From NCBI GenBank assembly GCA_965197725.1, contig CBDANQ010000044.1, positions 1-27,761 of the forward strand: 27,761 nucleotides of DNA, in the 5' to 3' direction. The position numbers and the translations under genes were made by a program. This DNA is from Longimicrobiales bacterium (GTDB taxonomy: Bacteria > Gemmatimonadota > Gemmatimonadetes > Longimicrobiales > Gaopeijiaceae). Numbering within the stretch: position 1 is the stretch's first letter; every line of letters starts with the position of its first letter. The notes beneath the pieces were generated by a model that was not told where the DNA came from, did not search any database, and worked only from the letters and a program-made list of their open reading frames with translations. Positions 18,896 through 27,118 of the stretch are shown piece by piece.

Positions 18896-19170
18896 TCACT
18901 GTGTGGAGTCGCCCTCCACGAGCGGAGGGCTGCCGATGGGCCGGGCCTCCTGGACCCGATCGCTTCGCCACGTGCGTGACTCTCGTCCAGCTCCCGCGCG
19001 TCGTCGAGTGCGCGCGACGACAGCGTTACAACTGCGTTCACGGCGTCGTTGTGTCGCTCGATGCGGTCCAATGCGGCCGACACGACCTCCGCCGCCGATA
19101 CGGCTCCGACCCCGATCAGACGGCGAAGCTCGGCGGCGGGTACGAAGGCCAGGTCGTCGTTCGTGCTCAT
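18896..19170 (-). pseudogene. Amidase (amidase signature family) with a large internal deletion
   Basis: N-terminus MSTNDDLAFVPAAELRRLI..VSAAEVV..ALDRIERHN..VNAVVT after SD AAGGAG. It is joined at ~18960, in another frame, to an amidase-like tail RVQEARPIGSPP...*. Confidence 0.75.
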
Positions 19171-19425
19171 GAACTCCTTCGTTGTGGAGTTGTTGGGCGC
19201 TTCCTGGAAGCCCGGCATCGATCGTAGGATCCCGAAGGGTATGGGTGTCTGAATCGTGCGGGCATCTCTTGCGGTCGGCGGCCAAGGTAACATGGGCTTC
19301 ACCACGCGGCGCGGGGCACGAGCGCCCGCCCATCAAGCAGCTCGTCTAGCCGCGTGATGTAGAGGCCTAGTGTCCCGTTTGGAAAAGCGCGTGTGAACCG
19401 AGAGTGCCGAGCCACTGCTAGGGAG

Positions 19426-20883
19426 GAAGCTGTCCCGTCGGTAGTTGAAGGTCCCTGATAGGGGAGAAAAGAAGTGGTGGCTCCGGGGGACCCGATCCAG
19501 GTAGGATCGGGCAGGGAAAAACCCCCAACACGGAGCCACCACGATGAAGAGAACGTACGAGGTAAGGGATCGGGCGGACAAGCGCGCGATCAGGGAGTTC
19601 CTGAAGCGGGAGGGGCAGTTTCTGCTTCCGATGCTTGATCTCGTGGAGCAGACGGAGGTCGCGATCGCCGAAGTCATCCAGGTGATGGGACGAGCGACGA
19701 TCGAAGCGGTGCTGGAGATGAGCGCCGAGGGTGTGGCAGGCGTGAAGCAGGCAGGTCGGTCACGAGCGGAAGACGACACGGTGTGGTATGGCCGGCAGGG
19801 TGGTGTGGTTTACCTGTCGGACCGGAAGGTGCGTGTGGAGCGGCCACGGCTCAGGCGCCGGGGCGCCGGGGAGGGTGGCGAGGTCGAGGTGCCGGCGTAC
19901 GCAGCGATGCGGAGACCGGGCGCCGTGGCGGATCGGATGCTCGAGGTCCTGATGGCGGGGGTGAGCACGCGGAAGTACGGCCGTGTGATCGGTGAGATGG
20001 CCGACACGGTCGGGGTGAGCAAGTCGGCGGTGAGCCGTGAGACGGTCGAGGCCTCGGAGCGCGTGCTGAAGGAGCTGATGGAGCGCCGGCTGGATGCGTG
20101 GGACCTCCTGGTGATCTACCTGGACGGGATCCAGATGGGCTCGCACCACGTACTTGCTGCGGTAGGCGTGGACTCAGACGGAAAGAAGCACGTGCTGGGC
20201 GTGAGGGAAGGAGCGAGTGAGAACGCCGAGGTGACCAGCGCGCTCCTAGAGGATCTGGTCGAGCGCGGCCTGGACCCGGGCAGGCGGCGGCTGTTCGTGA
20301 TCGATGGCTCGAAAGCGCTCAGGAAGGCGATCGAGAAGGTGTTCGGCCAACGTCACCCCATCCAGCGCTGCCGCAACCACAAGCTCCGCAACGTGCTGGG
20401 TCATCTGCCGAAGGATCAGCACGCTCAGGTGAAGGCGGTGTTCCGGGCAGCGATGAAGCTGGACGCGAAGGAGGGCGAGCAGAAGCTCGAGCAGCTCGCC
20501 CGATGGCTCGAACGAGATCACCCTTCGGCCGCGGCCAGCCTACGCGAAGGCCTCAGCGAGATGTTCACGATCAACCGGCTCGGCCTACCGCCCCGGCTAA
20601 GGAAATGCCTGGGCTCTACCAACCTGATCGACAGCACCCACTCGGGTGTGAGACAGAAGACCCGCAGGGTGACGAATTGGAAGAACGGAGCGATGGCCCT
20701 CAGATGGGCGGCGGCCTCGTTCGTGGAGACCGAGAAGAGCTACCGCCGCATCATCGGCTTCGACCAGCTCTGGATGCTCAAAGCCCACCTCGACGACCAC
20801 GAACCAGTTGCCCAAATGAGGAAGGCAGGTTAACCAAGAGTTACTCTGGAGCCACCACCTTCAACTGTCAGCGGGACACTATC
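19426..20883 (+). mobile_element. IS256-family insertion sequence, copy 2 (1458 bp), intergenic
   Basis: Same IRs as copy 1. 8-bp TSD CTAGGGAG at 19418-19425 and 20884-20891. Confidence 0.95.
19544..20833 (+). CDS. IS256-family transposase
   Basis: Protein identical to 3661-4950. Confidence 0.95.
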   Translation: MKRTYEVRDRADKRAIREFLKREGQFLLPMLDLVEQTEVAIAEVIQVMGRATIEAVLEMSAEGVAGVKQAGRSRAEDDTVWYGRQGGVVYLSDRKVRVERPRLRRRGAGEGGEVEVPAYAAMRRPGAVADRMLEVLMAGVSTRKYGRVIGEMADTVGVSKSAVSRETVEASERVLKELMERRLDAWDLLVIYLDGIQMGSHHVLAAVGVDSDGKKHVLGVREGASENAEVTSALLEDLVERGLDPGRRRLFVIDGSKALRKAIEKVFGQRHPIQRCRNHKLRNVLGHLPKDQHAQVKAVFRAAMKLDAKEGEQKLEQLARWLERDHPSAAASLREGLSEMFTINRLGLPPRLRKCLGSTNLIDSTHSGVRQKTRRVTNWKNGAMALRWAAASFVETEKSYRRIIGFDQLWMLKAHLDDHEPVAQMRKAG

Positions 20884-20982
20884 CTAGGGAGGCGCGCCGG
20901 TGGCAGTGCTTTTCTCCAGCGACCGTCGAGCCCACATTCCCTATCCTCTCCGACAGAGACGGCAACGACCACCGGAGGCCCG

Positions 20983-21972
20983 ATGAAGACTCGCCCGATA
21001 ATGCTGTTACCACTCGGCGCAGCCATCCTCGCAGTAGTGTCGTGCGCCCCGGTGGACCAAGCGGAAGGCGCAGCGCAGTCGTCGGACGTCGAGCCCGCTT
21101 GGAGATGGTCCGACGAGCGTGTCCTCGAGACCGTGAACGCGGTGCGGGCTGGGCGAAGCCTGCAACCCGCCAGCTGGCCCGGCGGGGCCCGCGTCGCGGT
21201 CGCCCTCTCGTTCGACGTCGACAACGAGACCCTTTCTCTGCGCACCGGCCAGCCGAGCGTCGGCGCGCTTTCCCAGGGCGAATATGGAGCGCGGCGAGCA
21301 CTCCCCCGTGTCATCGAGCTACTGGCGAGTCACGACATCCCGGCGTCGTTCTTCTTTCCCGCCGTGAGCCTCTGGCTCGACCCCGGCATGGCCGACCTGA
21401 TCAAGCGCGAGGGCCATCACGAGTTCGGCGTGCATGGCTGGATCCACGAGACCAACTCGGCGCTCGAGGCGGCCGAGGAGCGGGCCTTGCTGGAGCGCGC
21501 CGTCGAATACATGACCGAGGCCACGGGAGAGCGTCCGGTCGGTTACCGGGCTCCGTCCTGGAACTTCAGCGCGAACACCCTGGACATCATTCGCGACATG
21601 GGCTTCCTGTACGACAGCTCTCTGATGTCCGACGACCAGCCCTACGAGCTGATGGCCGACGGTCAGCCGACCGGAATGGTCGAGTTGCCCGTCGAGTGGA
21701 TTCTCGACGACGCGCCTCTGCTCAACCCTCGGGGCAACAGTTATAGCGCGCCCCGTGAGGTGTTACAGGTCTACGTCGACGAGTTCGATCGGGCGTATGA
21801 CGAGGGGACTATGTTCCTCCTCACGATGCATCCCCATTATATCGGTCACCGGTCCCGAATCGTGATTCTCGAGGGCTTGATCGATCACATCAACGAGCAA
21901 GGAGACGTCTGGTACGCCACGCATAGGCAGATCGCCGAATACGTGAGCGCGCAGGCCGGCCTCGCCCAATAG
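20983..21972 (+). CDS. Polysaccharide deacetylase (CE4, PuuE/PgdA-like) lipoprotein
   Basis: SD GGAGG, then MKTRP with lipobox VVSC. Motifs WPGGARVAV.LSFDVD, HEFGVHGWIHE, GYRAP, YDSS and LTMHPH. Confidence 0.88.
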   Translation: MKTRPIMLLPLGAAILAVVSCAPVDQAEGAAQSSDVEPAWRWSDERVLETVNAVRAGRSLQPASWPGGARVAVALSFDVDNETLSLRTGQPSVGALSQGEYGARRALPRVIELLASHDIPASFFFPAVSLWLDPGMADLIKREGHHEFGVHGWIHETNSALEAAEERALLERAVEYMTEATGERPVGYRAPSWNFSANTLDIIRDMGFLYDSSLMSDDQPYELMADGQPTGMVELPVEWILDDAPLLNPRGNSYSAPREVLQVYVDEFDRAYDEGTMFLLTMHPHYIGHRSRIVILEGLIDHINEQGDVWYATHRQIAEYVSAQAGLAQ

Positions 21973-22023
21973 CCCCCCGGACCGGAGTGGTTTCACGCAG
22001 TCTCACTCGTAGGAGGTAGGAAG

Positions 22024-22353
22024 ATGGCTACGCAGGATGTCGCACAGGGTCTCGTCAACCTCTGCAACGAGGGTCGCTTTACGGACGCCGTCGAGCAGTA
22101 CTACTCGCCCGACATCGTCAGCATCGAGGCGATGGGGAACGAGCAGATGCCGGCGCGCATGGAAGGGATCGACGCGATCCGCGGAAAGAACCAGTGGTGG
22201 ATCGACAATCACGAGGTCCACGGCATGGAGATCGCCGGCCCATTCATCAATCAGGATCAGTTCGCCGTGCGGTTAAAGTTCGACGTGACCGCTAAGGAGA
22301 GCGGCGAACGGATGCAGATGGAGGAGGTCGGCATCTACACGGTCGTAGACTGA
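22024..22353 (+). pseudogene. SnoaL-like protein, C-terminus cut by IS3
   Basis: SD AGGAGG; YYSPDIVSIE, GIDAIRGK, MEEVGIYTVVD*. The stop codon is the TGA of the IS3 left end, and the usual GKI..E.F tail is absent. Confidence 0.8.
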
Positions 22354-23620
22354 CCTGACCCCCTGAAACGAGACCAGGTGCAATGTTAGGATCGACCTGG
22401 TCTGAAGCTTTTCAGCGAGGAGGTCAGGATGGGAAGGAAGCGACACACTCCGGAGCAGAGCATCACTGCACTGCGGGAGGCAGAGGTCGGTCTGGCCCGC
22501 GGCAAATCCGTGAAGCTGATCAGCCGGGAGCTGGGCATCACCGAGCAGACGTACTACCGGTGGAGGCGGGAGTACGGCGGGATGAAGGTGAGCCAGGCAC
22601 GGCGCCTGAAGGAGCTCGAGCGCGAGAACGGGCGCCTGAAGCGAGCAGTGGCGGACTTGACACTGGACAAGCTGATCCTGGAGGAAGCGGCCAGGGGAAA
22701 CTTCTGAGCCCCGAGCGCCGACGACGTTGTGTGGTGCGTGTACGTCAGCAGCTCGGGGCGTCGGAGAGGAGAGCGTGCCGGGTGCTCGGGCAGCCACGCA
22801 CGACCCAGCGCCGGGCGAGGAAAGTGGCGAGTGACGAGGGGGCGCTCCGAGGTGATATCGTGCGACTCGCGAGTCGATTCGGCCGCTATGGCTACCGACG
22901 CGTCACGGACATGCTCCGCATCGAGGGCTGGGGGGTGAAGCACAAGCGGGTGGAGCGGATCTGGAGGCAGGAGGGGCTGAAGGTTCCGGAGCGGCAGCCG
23001 AAGAGAGGTCGGCTGTGGCTCAACGACGGATCGTGCATCCGGCTGAGGCCGCTGTATCGGGGCCACGTCTGGTCGTACGACTTCGTGGCCTCGAGGACGC
23101 ACGACGGGCGTGCGCTGAAGCTGCTGACAGTGCTGGACGAGCACACGAGGGAGTGCCTGGCGATCGTGGTGGCTCGCAAGATCCGCTCGCACGACGTGCT
23201 CGAGGTGCTGGCCGATCTGTTCGTCCGACACGGGCCTCCCGAGTATCTGAGGTCGGACAACGGACCGGAGTTCACCGCGAAGCTCGTGCGGTGGTGGTTG
23301 GGGCGCGTGGGCGTCGAGATGCTCTTTATCGAGCCGGGCAGCCCGTGGGAGAACGGCTACAACGAGAGCTTCAACGGCAAGCTCAGGGACGAGCTGTTGA
23401 ACGGGGAGATCTTCTACTCGTTGGCGGAGGCGGCCGTGCTGGTCGAGCAATGGAGGCGCGAGTACAATACCGTCCGACCCCACAGCGCCTGCGGCGGCTT
23501 TCCCCCGGCCCCTGAGGCGATTAAGCCGTCGCCCTGGTTCCTGAGGATGCCCGTCCTTCACGGCCCTCCACAGGTGCTGGGACTAACATAGGATGTGGTA
23601 CCACTCTTGGGGGCAGGTCA
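22351..23620 (+). mobile_element. IS3-family element, full length (1270 bp)
   Basis: TG...CA ends with IRs TGACCTGACCCC / GGGGGCAGGTCA. No target duplication (GAC versus GGG). Confidence 0.93.
22429..23591 (+). CDS. IS3 transposase OrfAB, via -1 programmed frameshift
   Basis: OrfA 22429-22707 (HTH and leucine zipper), slippery G GGA AAC at 22695-22701, and OrfB with WSYD, SDNGPEF and NGYNESFN DDE motifs. Confidence 0.92.
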
Positions 23621-23809
23621 GGGGAGCCTCGAGGATCCCCTGAGACCGCGAATATGTTCAGTGCCGTCGCGTTCCGCAAATCGATCCAAGTGGTAGGATC
23701 AAGGGGCGTGAAAAAGGGGAGGCGACGAACGTTACGACGTAGGGCCGCAGTCTGGCGTTCGGGGTCAGCACCCCATGGGAGCGGTGGCGGTGGACCGGCG
23801 GAGACTCTC

Positions 23810-24178
23810 GAGACGAACGGGAGCTCGTTCTCCGCGAAGTCACGTCTACGCCAGCACTTCAGGAACTTCCGGAGGTTGCCCTTCGGGCTGAGCGAGTCGG
23901 TTGTCCGCTTGGTCTGGACATCGAACGGCCTGCCCACAATGAACGCCGGGGTCTCGATGATCTCACCGCGTCACCGGGTGGGAGTACTTGGCAGGTACGC
24001 TGGTACCGACCAACTGGAACTCATAGACCCCTGGTCCACGAACGACTTCTCCCCCTGCCGCTCCTTCTCCTGGTTGGGCAGCTTCGGGATCTCGCACAGG
24101 ACGGCCCCGTGGTACCCCGCCGTTGGGATGGTTGGCGTCCGGCGTCCGGCTCCCGCCGCCGCCTTCGTAATGGGCCAC
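23810..24178 (-). pseudogene. Degraded phage gene resembling NGO0469-like replication/ssDNA-binding proteins
   Basis: One frame across a TGA at 23971-23973 reads TIPTAGYHGAVLCEI..LPNQE..RQGEK...GRPFDVQTKRTTDSLSPKGNLRKFLKCWRRRDFAENEL, resembling the SLxxKxNLRKxLxxWRGRxFxxxEL pattern. Confidence 0.45.
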
Positions 24179-24586
24179 TCGGGCTCGTCGTGTACCATGT
24201 CGCGACGCGCCTGGACGAGAACGTTTGATTGTTGACGGACGACGCACCGATCATGTACGGAGCCTCGACCTGGTGGGTGGGGTCCACGGACTTCGGAACG
24301 ATCGGCATCCGGAACATCCGTGAACTCAGAGAAGCTGTACTTGATGACGTTGATGAGTTTGCCAACGCATACCTGTCCGTGAATCGACGCTAGAACGTGA
24401 GACGAGACCTGCAGCACACCTGAGAAGAAGCGCCGGTTCAGAAAGCGACCGCAGCGAAACCAGTCTCGACCAGCTCTCGCTTGTCGTGGGCCGCCGCTAA
24501 GACGTCCGGGAGGTCAGAAGACCGACTAAGTCGCGAGCGAATGTCGTCCTTTGACTCGACCTGGGCGAGCCCCCTCGGGGGTCGGC

Positions 24587-24881
24587 TGGCTGACGGCGCA
24601 CAGCGGCCGGGAACTGTTCTTTGTGGACCCGAACCGCAGGATGGTGGCTGTCCGCGTCGCAACGGATGGGGACTTCCGGGTTGACGGACAGGAAACATTG
24701 TTCAGGATTCCGGCCAGGTATGTATTGGCCGCCAACGGCGGTTGGAACCTGTACGACGTCTCGCTCGACGACGAACGGTTCCTGATGGGACGAAGGGTCG
24801 GGGGGGGGGAACGCTTACCAGAATCTCATCCTCGTCCAGAACTTCTTCGAGGAGCTTCGCGAGCGGGTGCCGAACGAATGA
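24587..24881 (+). pseudogene. C-terminal TolB/PD40 beta-propeller fragment of a Ser/Thr kinase-type protein
   Basis: SGRELFFV...MVAVRV...LF...YDVSLDDERFLM, then, after a shift at the G10 run (24800-24809), NLILVQNFFEELRERVPNE*. Confidence 0.7.
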
Positions 24882-25006
24882 CCCGTCGGAGCCCCTGGCT
24901 GCGCGTCTTCGCGGATGGTGCCGGATTGACCCCTCAGATCCCGTGGCCGTGGCGTACCGGCCCATCCCTGCCATCCTGACACTATCAATCCGGTATACAC
25001 CCCATG

Positions 25007-25033
25007 AAAAAGCCCCCGGCATCGCCGAGGGCT
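25007..25033 (-). terminator. Intrinsic terminator of the tRNA operon
   Basis: Minus strand reads AGCCCTCGGC-GAT-GCCGGGGGCT then TTTT, about 30 nt after tRNA-Ser. Confidence 0.75.
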
Positions 25034-25065
25034 GAATGGGCCGGAAAGCCCGTCAGGAGCGTAAG

Positions 25066-25150
25066 CGGAGGCGGAGGGACTCGAACCCCCAAGGGTGATT
25101 AACCCGCCGCATTTCGAGTGCGGTGCCTTACCAATTAGGACTACGCCTCC
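25066..25150 (-). tRNA. tRNA-Ser(CGA)
   Basis: GGAGGCG/CGCCTCC acceptor stem, anticodon arm CCGCA-CTCGAAA-TGCGG, long variable arm, GGTTCGAGTCC T-loop, discriminator G. CCA is not encoded. Confidence 0.92.
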
Positions 25151-25216
25151 GAACGATCGAAGTAATCGGCCAGATGGACCCAACCTATCATCGGGACCGC
25201 CCGGTGGTCCCACCAA

Positions 25217-25290
25217 TCGGGGCGCCCGGATTTGAACCGGGGACCTCTGCGTCCCGAACGCAGCGCTCTACCGGACTGAGCCACGCCCCG
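25217..25290 (-). tRNA. tRNA-Pro(CGG)
   Basis: CGGGGCG/CGCCCCG acceptor stem, anticodon arm CTGCG-TTCGGGA-CGCAG, GGTTCAAATCC T-loop. CCA is not encoded. Confidence 0.95.
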
Positions 25291-25333
25291 TACACCGATC
25301 GACCCTCAGCTGTCAGTGGACCAACGCCCAACA

Positions 25334-25465
25334 AGGTCGCGATTCGAACCTCGGCGGCTTGCCGCCGAGGTGGCCGAGGTGCGCAGCACCGCAGGCCCAC
25401 CCACGCCAGAAGTCGGTGCGCCTCGCGCACCGGCTTCCGTGGGTTTGAATCCCACCCGAAGACCT
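25334..25465. repeat. Multi-hairpin REP-like element in the tRNA leader
   Basis: Hairpins ACCTCGGCGGC/GCCGCCGAGGT and GAAGTCGGTGCG/CGCACCGGCTTC are enclosed by complementary GATTCGAACC/GGTTTGAATC and AGGTC/GACCT. Confidence 0.6.
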
Positions 25466-25546
25466 CTCAGCTGCTGCCCACCCTCGCGCCGACGCGACCG
25501 CAAGGGGTCAATCCAACATAGCGGACGGGGTGTCCCTTTTCTAGGG

Positions 25547-25575
25547 ATTCTATAGGGTGCCACCCAGGTCCGCAA
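25547..25575 (-). promoter_or_regulatory. Putative sigma70 promoter for the tRNA-Pro/tRNA-Ser operon
   Basis: Minus strand TTGCGG-N17-TAGAAT. Confidence 0.55.
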
Positions 25576-25615
25576 TGGTTACCTAAGCCACTGTAAACGT
25601 GTGATTTACCCGACA

Positions 25616-25674
25616 TTGACTTGTCATGCCGTTCCGCTTAGTATCACTCTAAATCTGATAACTGGAGTGATACT
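25616..25674 (+). promoter_or_regulatory. Putative sigma70 promoter of the integrase with an overlapping inverted repeat
   Basis: TTGACT(25616)-N17-TAGTAT(25639). Perfect 10-bp IR AGTATCACTC (25640-25649) / GAGTGATACT (25665-25674). Confidence 0.7.
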
Positions 25675-25678
25675 CTAC

Positions 25679-26839
25679 ATGAGGCGACCGAAGCAACTGA
25701 GCGGTGCGTTCGTAAAGACCGTCACGCAGCCCGGACGGTATGGAGACGGACGCGGCGGGCATGGCCTTTCCCTGCTCGTAAAGCCCACAACTACCGGGCG
25801 CCTGTCAAAGACTTGGTCCCAAAGGCTACAGATTCACGGAAAGGCGGTCAACATCGGGCTCGGTTCCTTCCCAGTGACGACGTTAGCCGACGCCCGGAAG
25901 AAGGCTCTCGCCAACCGCCGGACCGTCGCGCGAGGGGCCGATCCGCTTGGGAGCGGCATACCAACGTTCGCCGAGGCCGTCGACAAGGTGATCGCGATTC
26001 ATCGGGGCTCTTGGAGAGCGGGCAGCAAGAGCGAAGTCCAATGGAGAGCATCACTCCGGGACTACGCGACACCGGGCTTGGGCGACAAGCGCGTAGATCA
26101 GGTCACTACGGCTGACGTGCTGTCCGTCTTGGTCCCGATCTGGAACATCAAGCGCGAGACGGCGCGGCGGGTGCGTCAGCGAGTCGGAGCTGTAATGAAG
26201 TGGGCGGTCGCGAAGGGCTACCGGGAAGACAACCCGGCCGGTGACGCGATCGGCGCGGCGTTACCCCGGCACGGAGGCTCTACCCGGCATTTCCCCGCCC
26301 TGCCGCACAGTCAGGTTAGTTCGGCCTTGGCGATTGTACAAGCTTCCGGGGCGTGGATCGGTACCAAGTTGGCCTTCGAGTTTCTCGTCTTGACAGCTGC
26401 ACGATCCGGCGAGGCTCGCAATGCGCGGTGGGAGGAAATCGACCTGGAGAACGCAACATGGACGGTGCCAGGGGAACGCATGAAAGCTGGCCGGTCGCAC
26501 CGGGTGCCGCTATCGCCGCAGGCGGTCGCCGTGCTCCACACGGCACGTGTGATCGTCGACGGTGGTGCGTTGATCTTCCCGGCCAGCACGGGGCGCGCCC
26601 TGTCCGCCATGACGATGACCAAGCTGGTTCGCGAGCTCGGGATCGAGGCGGTCCCCCACGGATTTCGCGCCAGTTTCCGGGACTGGGCGGCCGAGGAAAC
26701 GGACCATCCTCGCGAGGTCATCGAGGCAGCATTGGCGCATGTGGTCCGGAACAAGGTCGAGGCGGCTTACAGGCGCACCGACCTTTTCGAGCGCCGGCGT
26801 CGGCTCATGGACGACTGGGCAGCCTATCTGGCCGACTGA
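25679..26839 (+). CDS. P4-like tyrosine integrase with arm-DNA-binding domain
   Basis: N-terminal PGRYGDG..GLSLLV...IGLGSFP..TLADAR. Catalytic residues TAARSGE, MKAGRSHRVPL, HGFR, LAH and AY are all intact. Confidence 0.93.
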   Translation: MRRPKQLSGAFVKTVTQPGRYGDGRGGHGLSLLVKPTTTGRLSKTWSQRLQIHGKAVNIGLGSFPVTTLADARKKALANRRTVARGADPLGSGIPTFAEAVDKVIAIHRGSWRAGSKSEVQWRASLRDYATPGLGDKRVDQVTTADVLSVLVPIWNIKRETARRVRQRVGAVMKWAVAKGYREDNPAGDAIGAALPRHGGSTRHFPALPHSQVSSALAIVQASGAWIGTKLAFEFLVLTAARSGEARNARWEEIDLENATWTVPGERMKAGRSHRVPLSPQAVAVLHTARVIVDGGALIFPASTGRALSAMTMTKLVRELGIEAVPHGFRASFRDWAAEETDHPREVIEAALAHVVRNKVEAAYRRTDLFERRRRLMDDWAAYLAD

Positions 26840-27118
26840 AGTCCGTTAGCGGTAGCCATTGGTTGTACCGGCGCGTTTACCATTCGCCTCGCTCCCCGCC
26901 GCTCAAACCTGGGTCGGTGCATCCAAGATAAGAGCATTCCAATCGGTCACCGGCCCGTCGTGCAACACACGGAGTATCCCTTTTCGGCAAACCATCTGCG
27001 CGTTCGCGAGGAGTTCCTTGTTGTCGCCATTCTGCTTCACTTTGCCGTGGTGTACTGACCTGACCCCAATGGAGAAAAGTAGTAGCGTTCAGCAGCGTGC
27101 AGCACCAACAAGAGACGA

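Noticed and set aside
20503..21972. 489-aa deacetylase with a long N-terminal extension
   Set aside because: The extension is IS256 and spacer sequence. An SD, ATG and lipoprotein signal mark the start at 20983.
24800..24809. G10 tract as a phase-variation switch
   Set aside because: It lies in a 5'-deleted gene fragment, so switching would not restore function; a homopolymer error is also possible.
25364..25465. Third tRNA (Leu-like) on the plus strand
   Set aside because: It has a GCCGAGGTGG start and a T-arm-like motif, but no acceptor stem pairing or valid anticodon arm.
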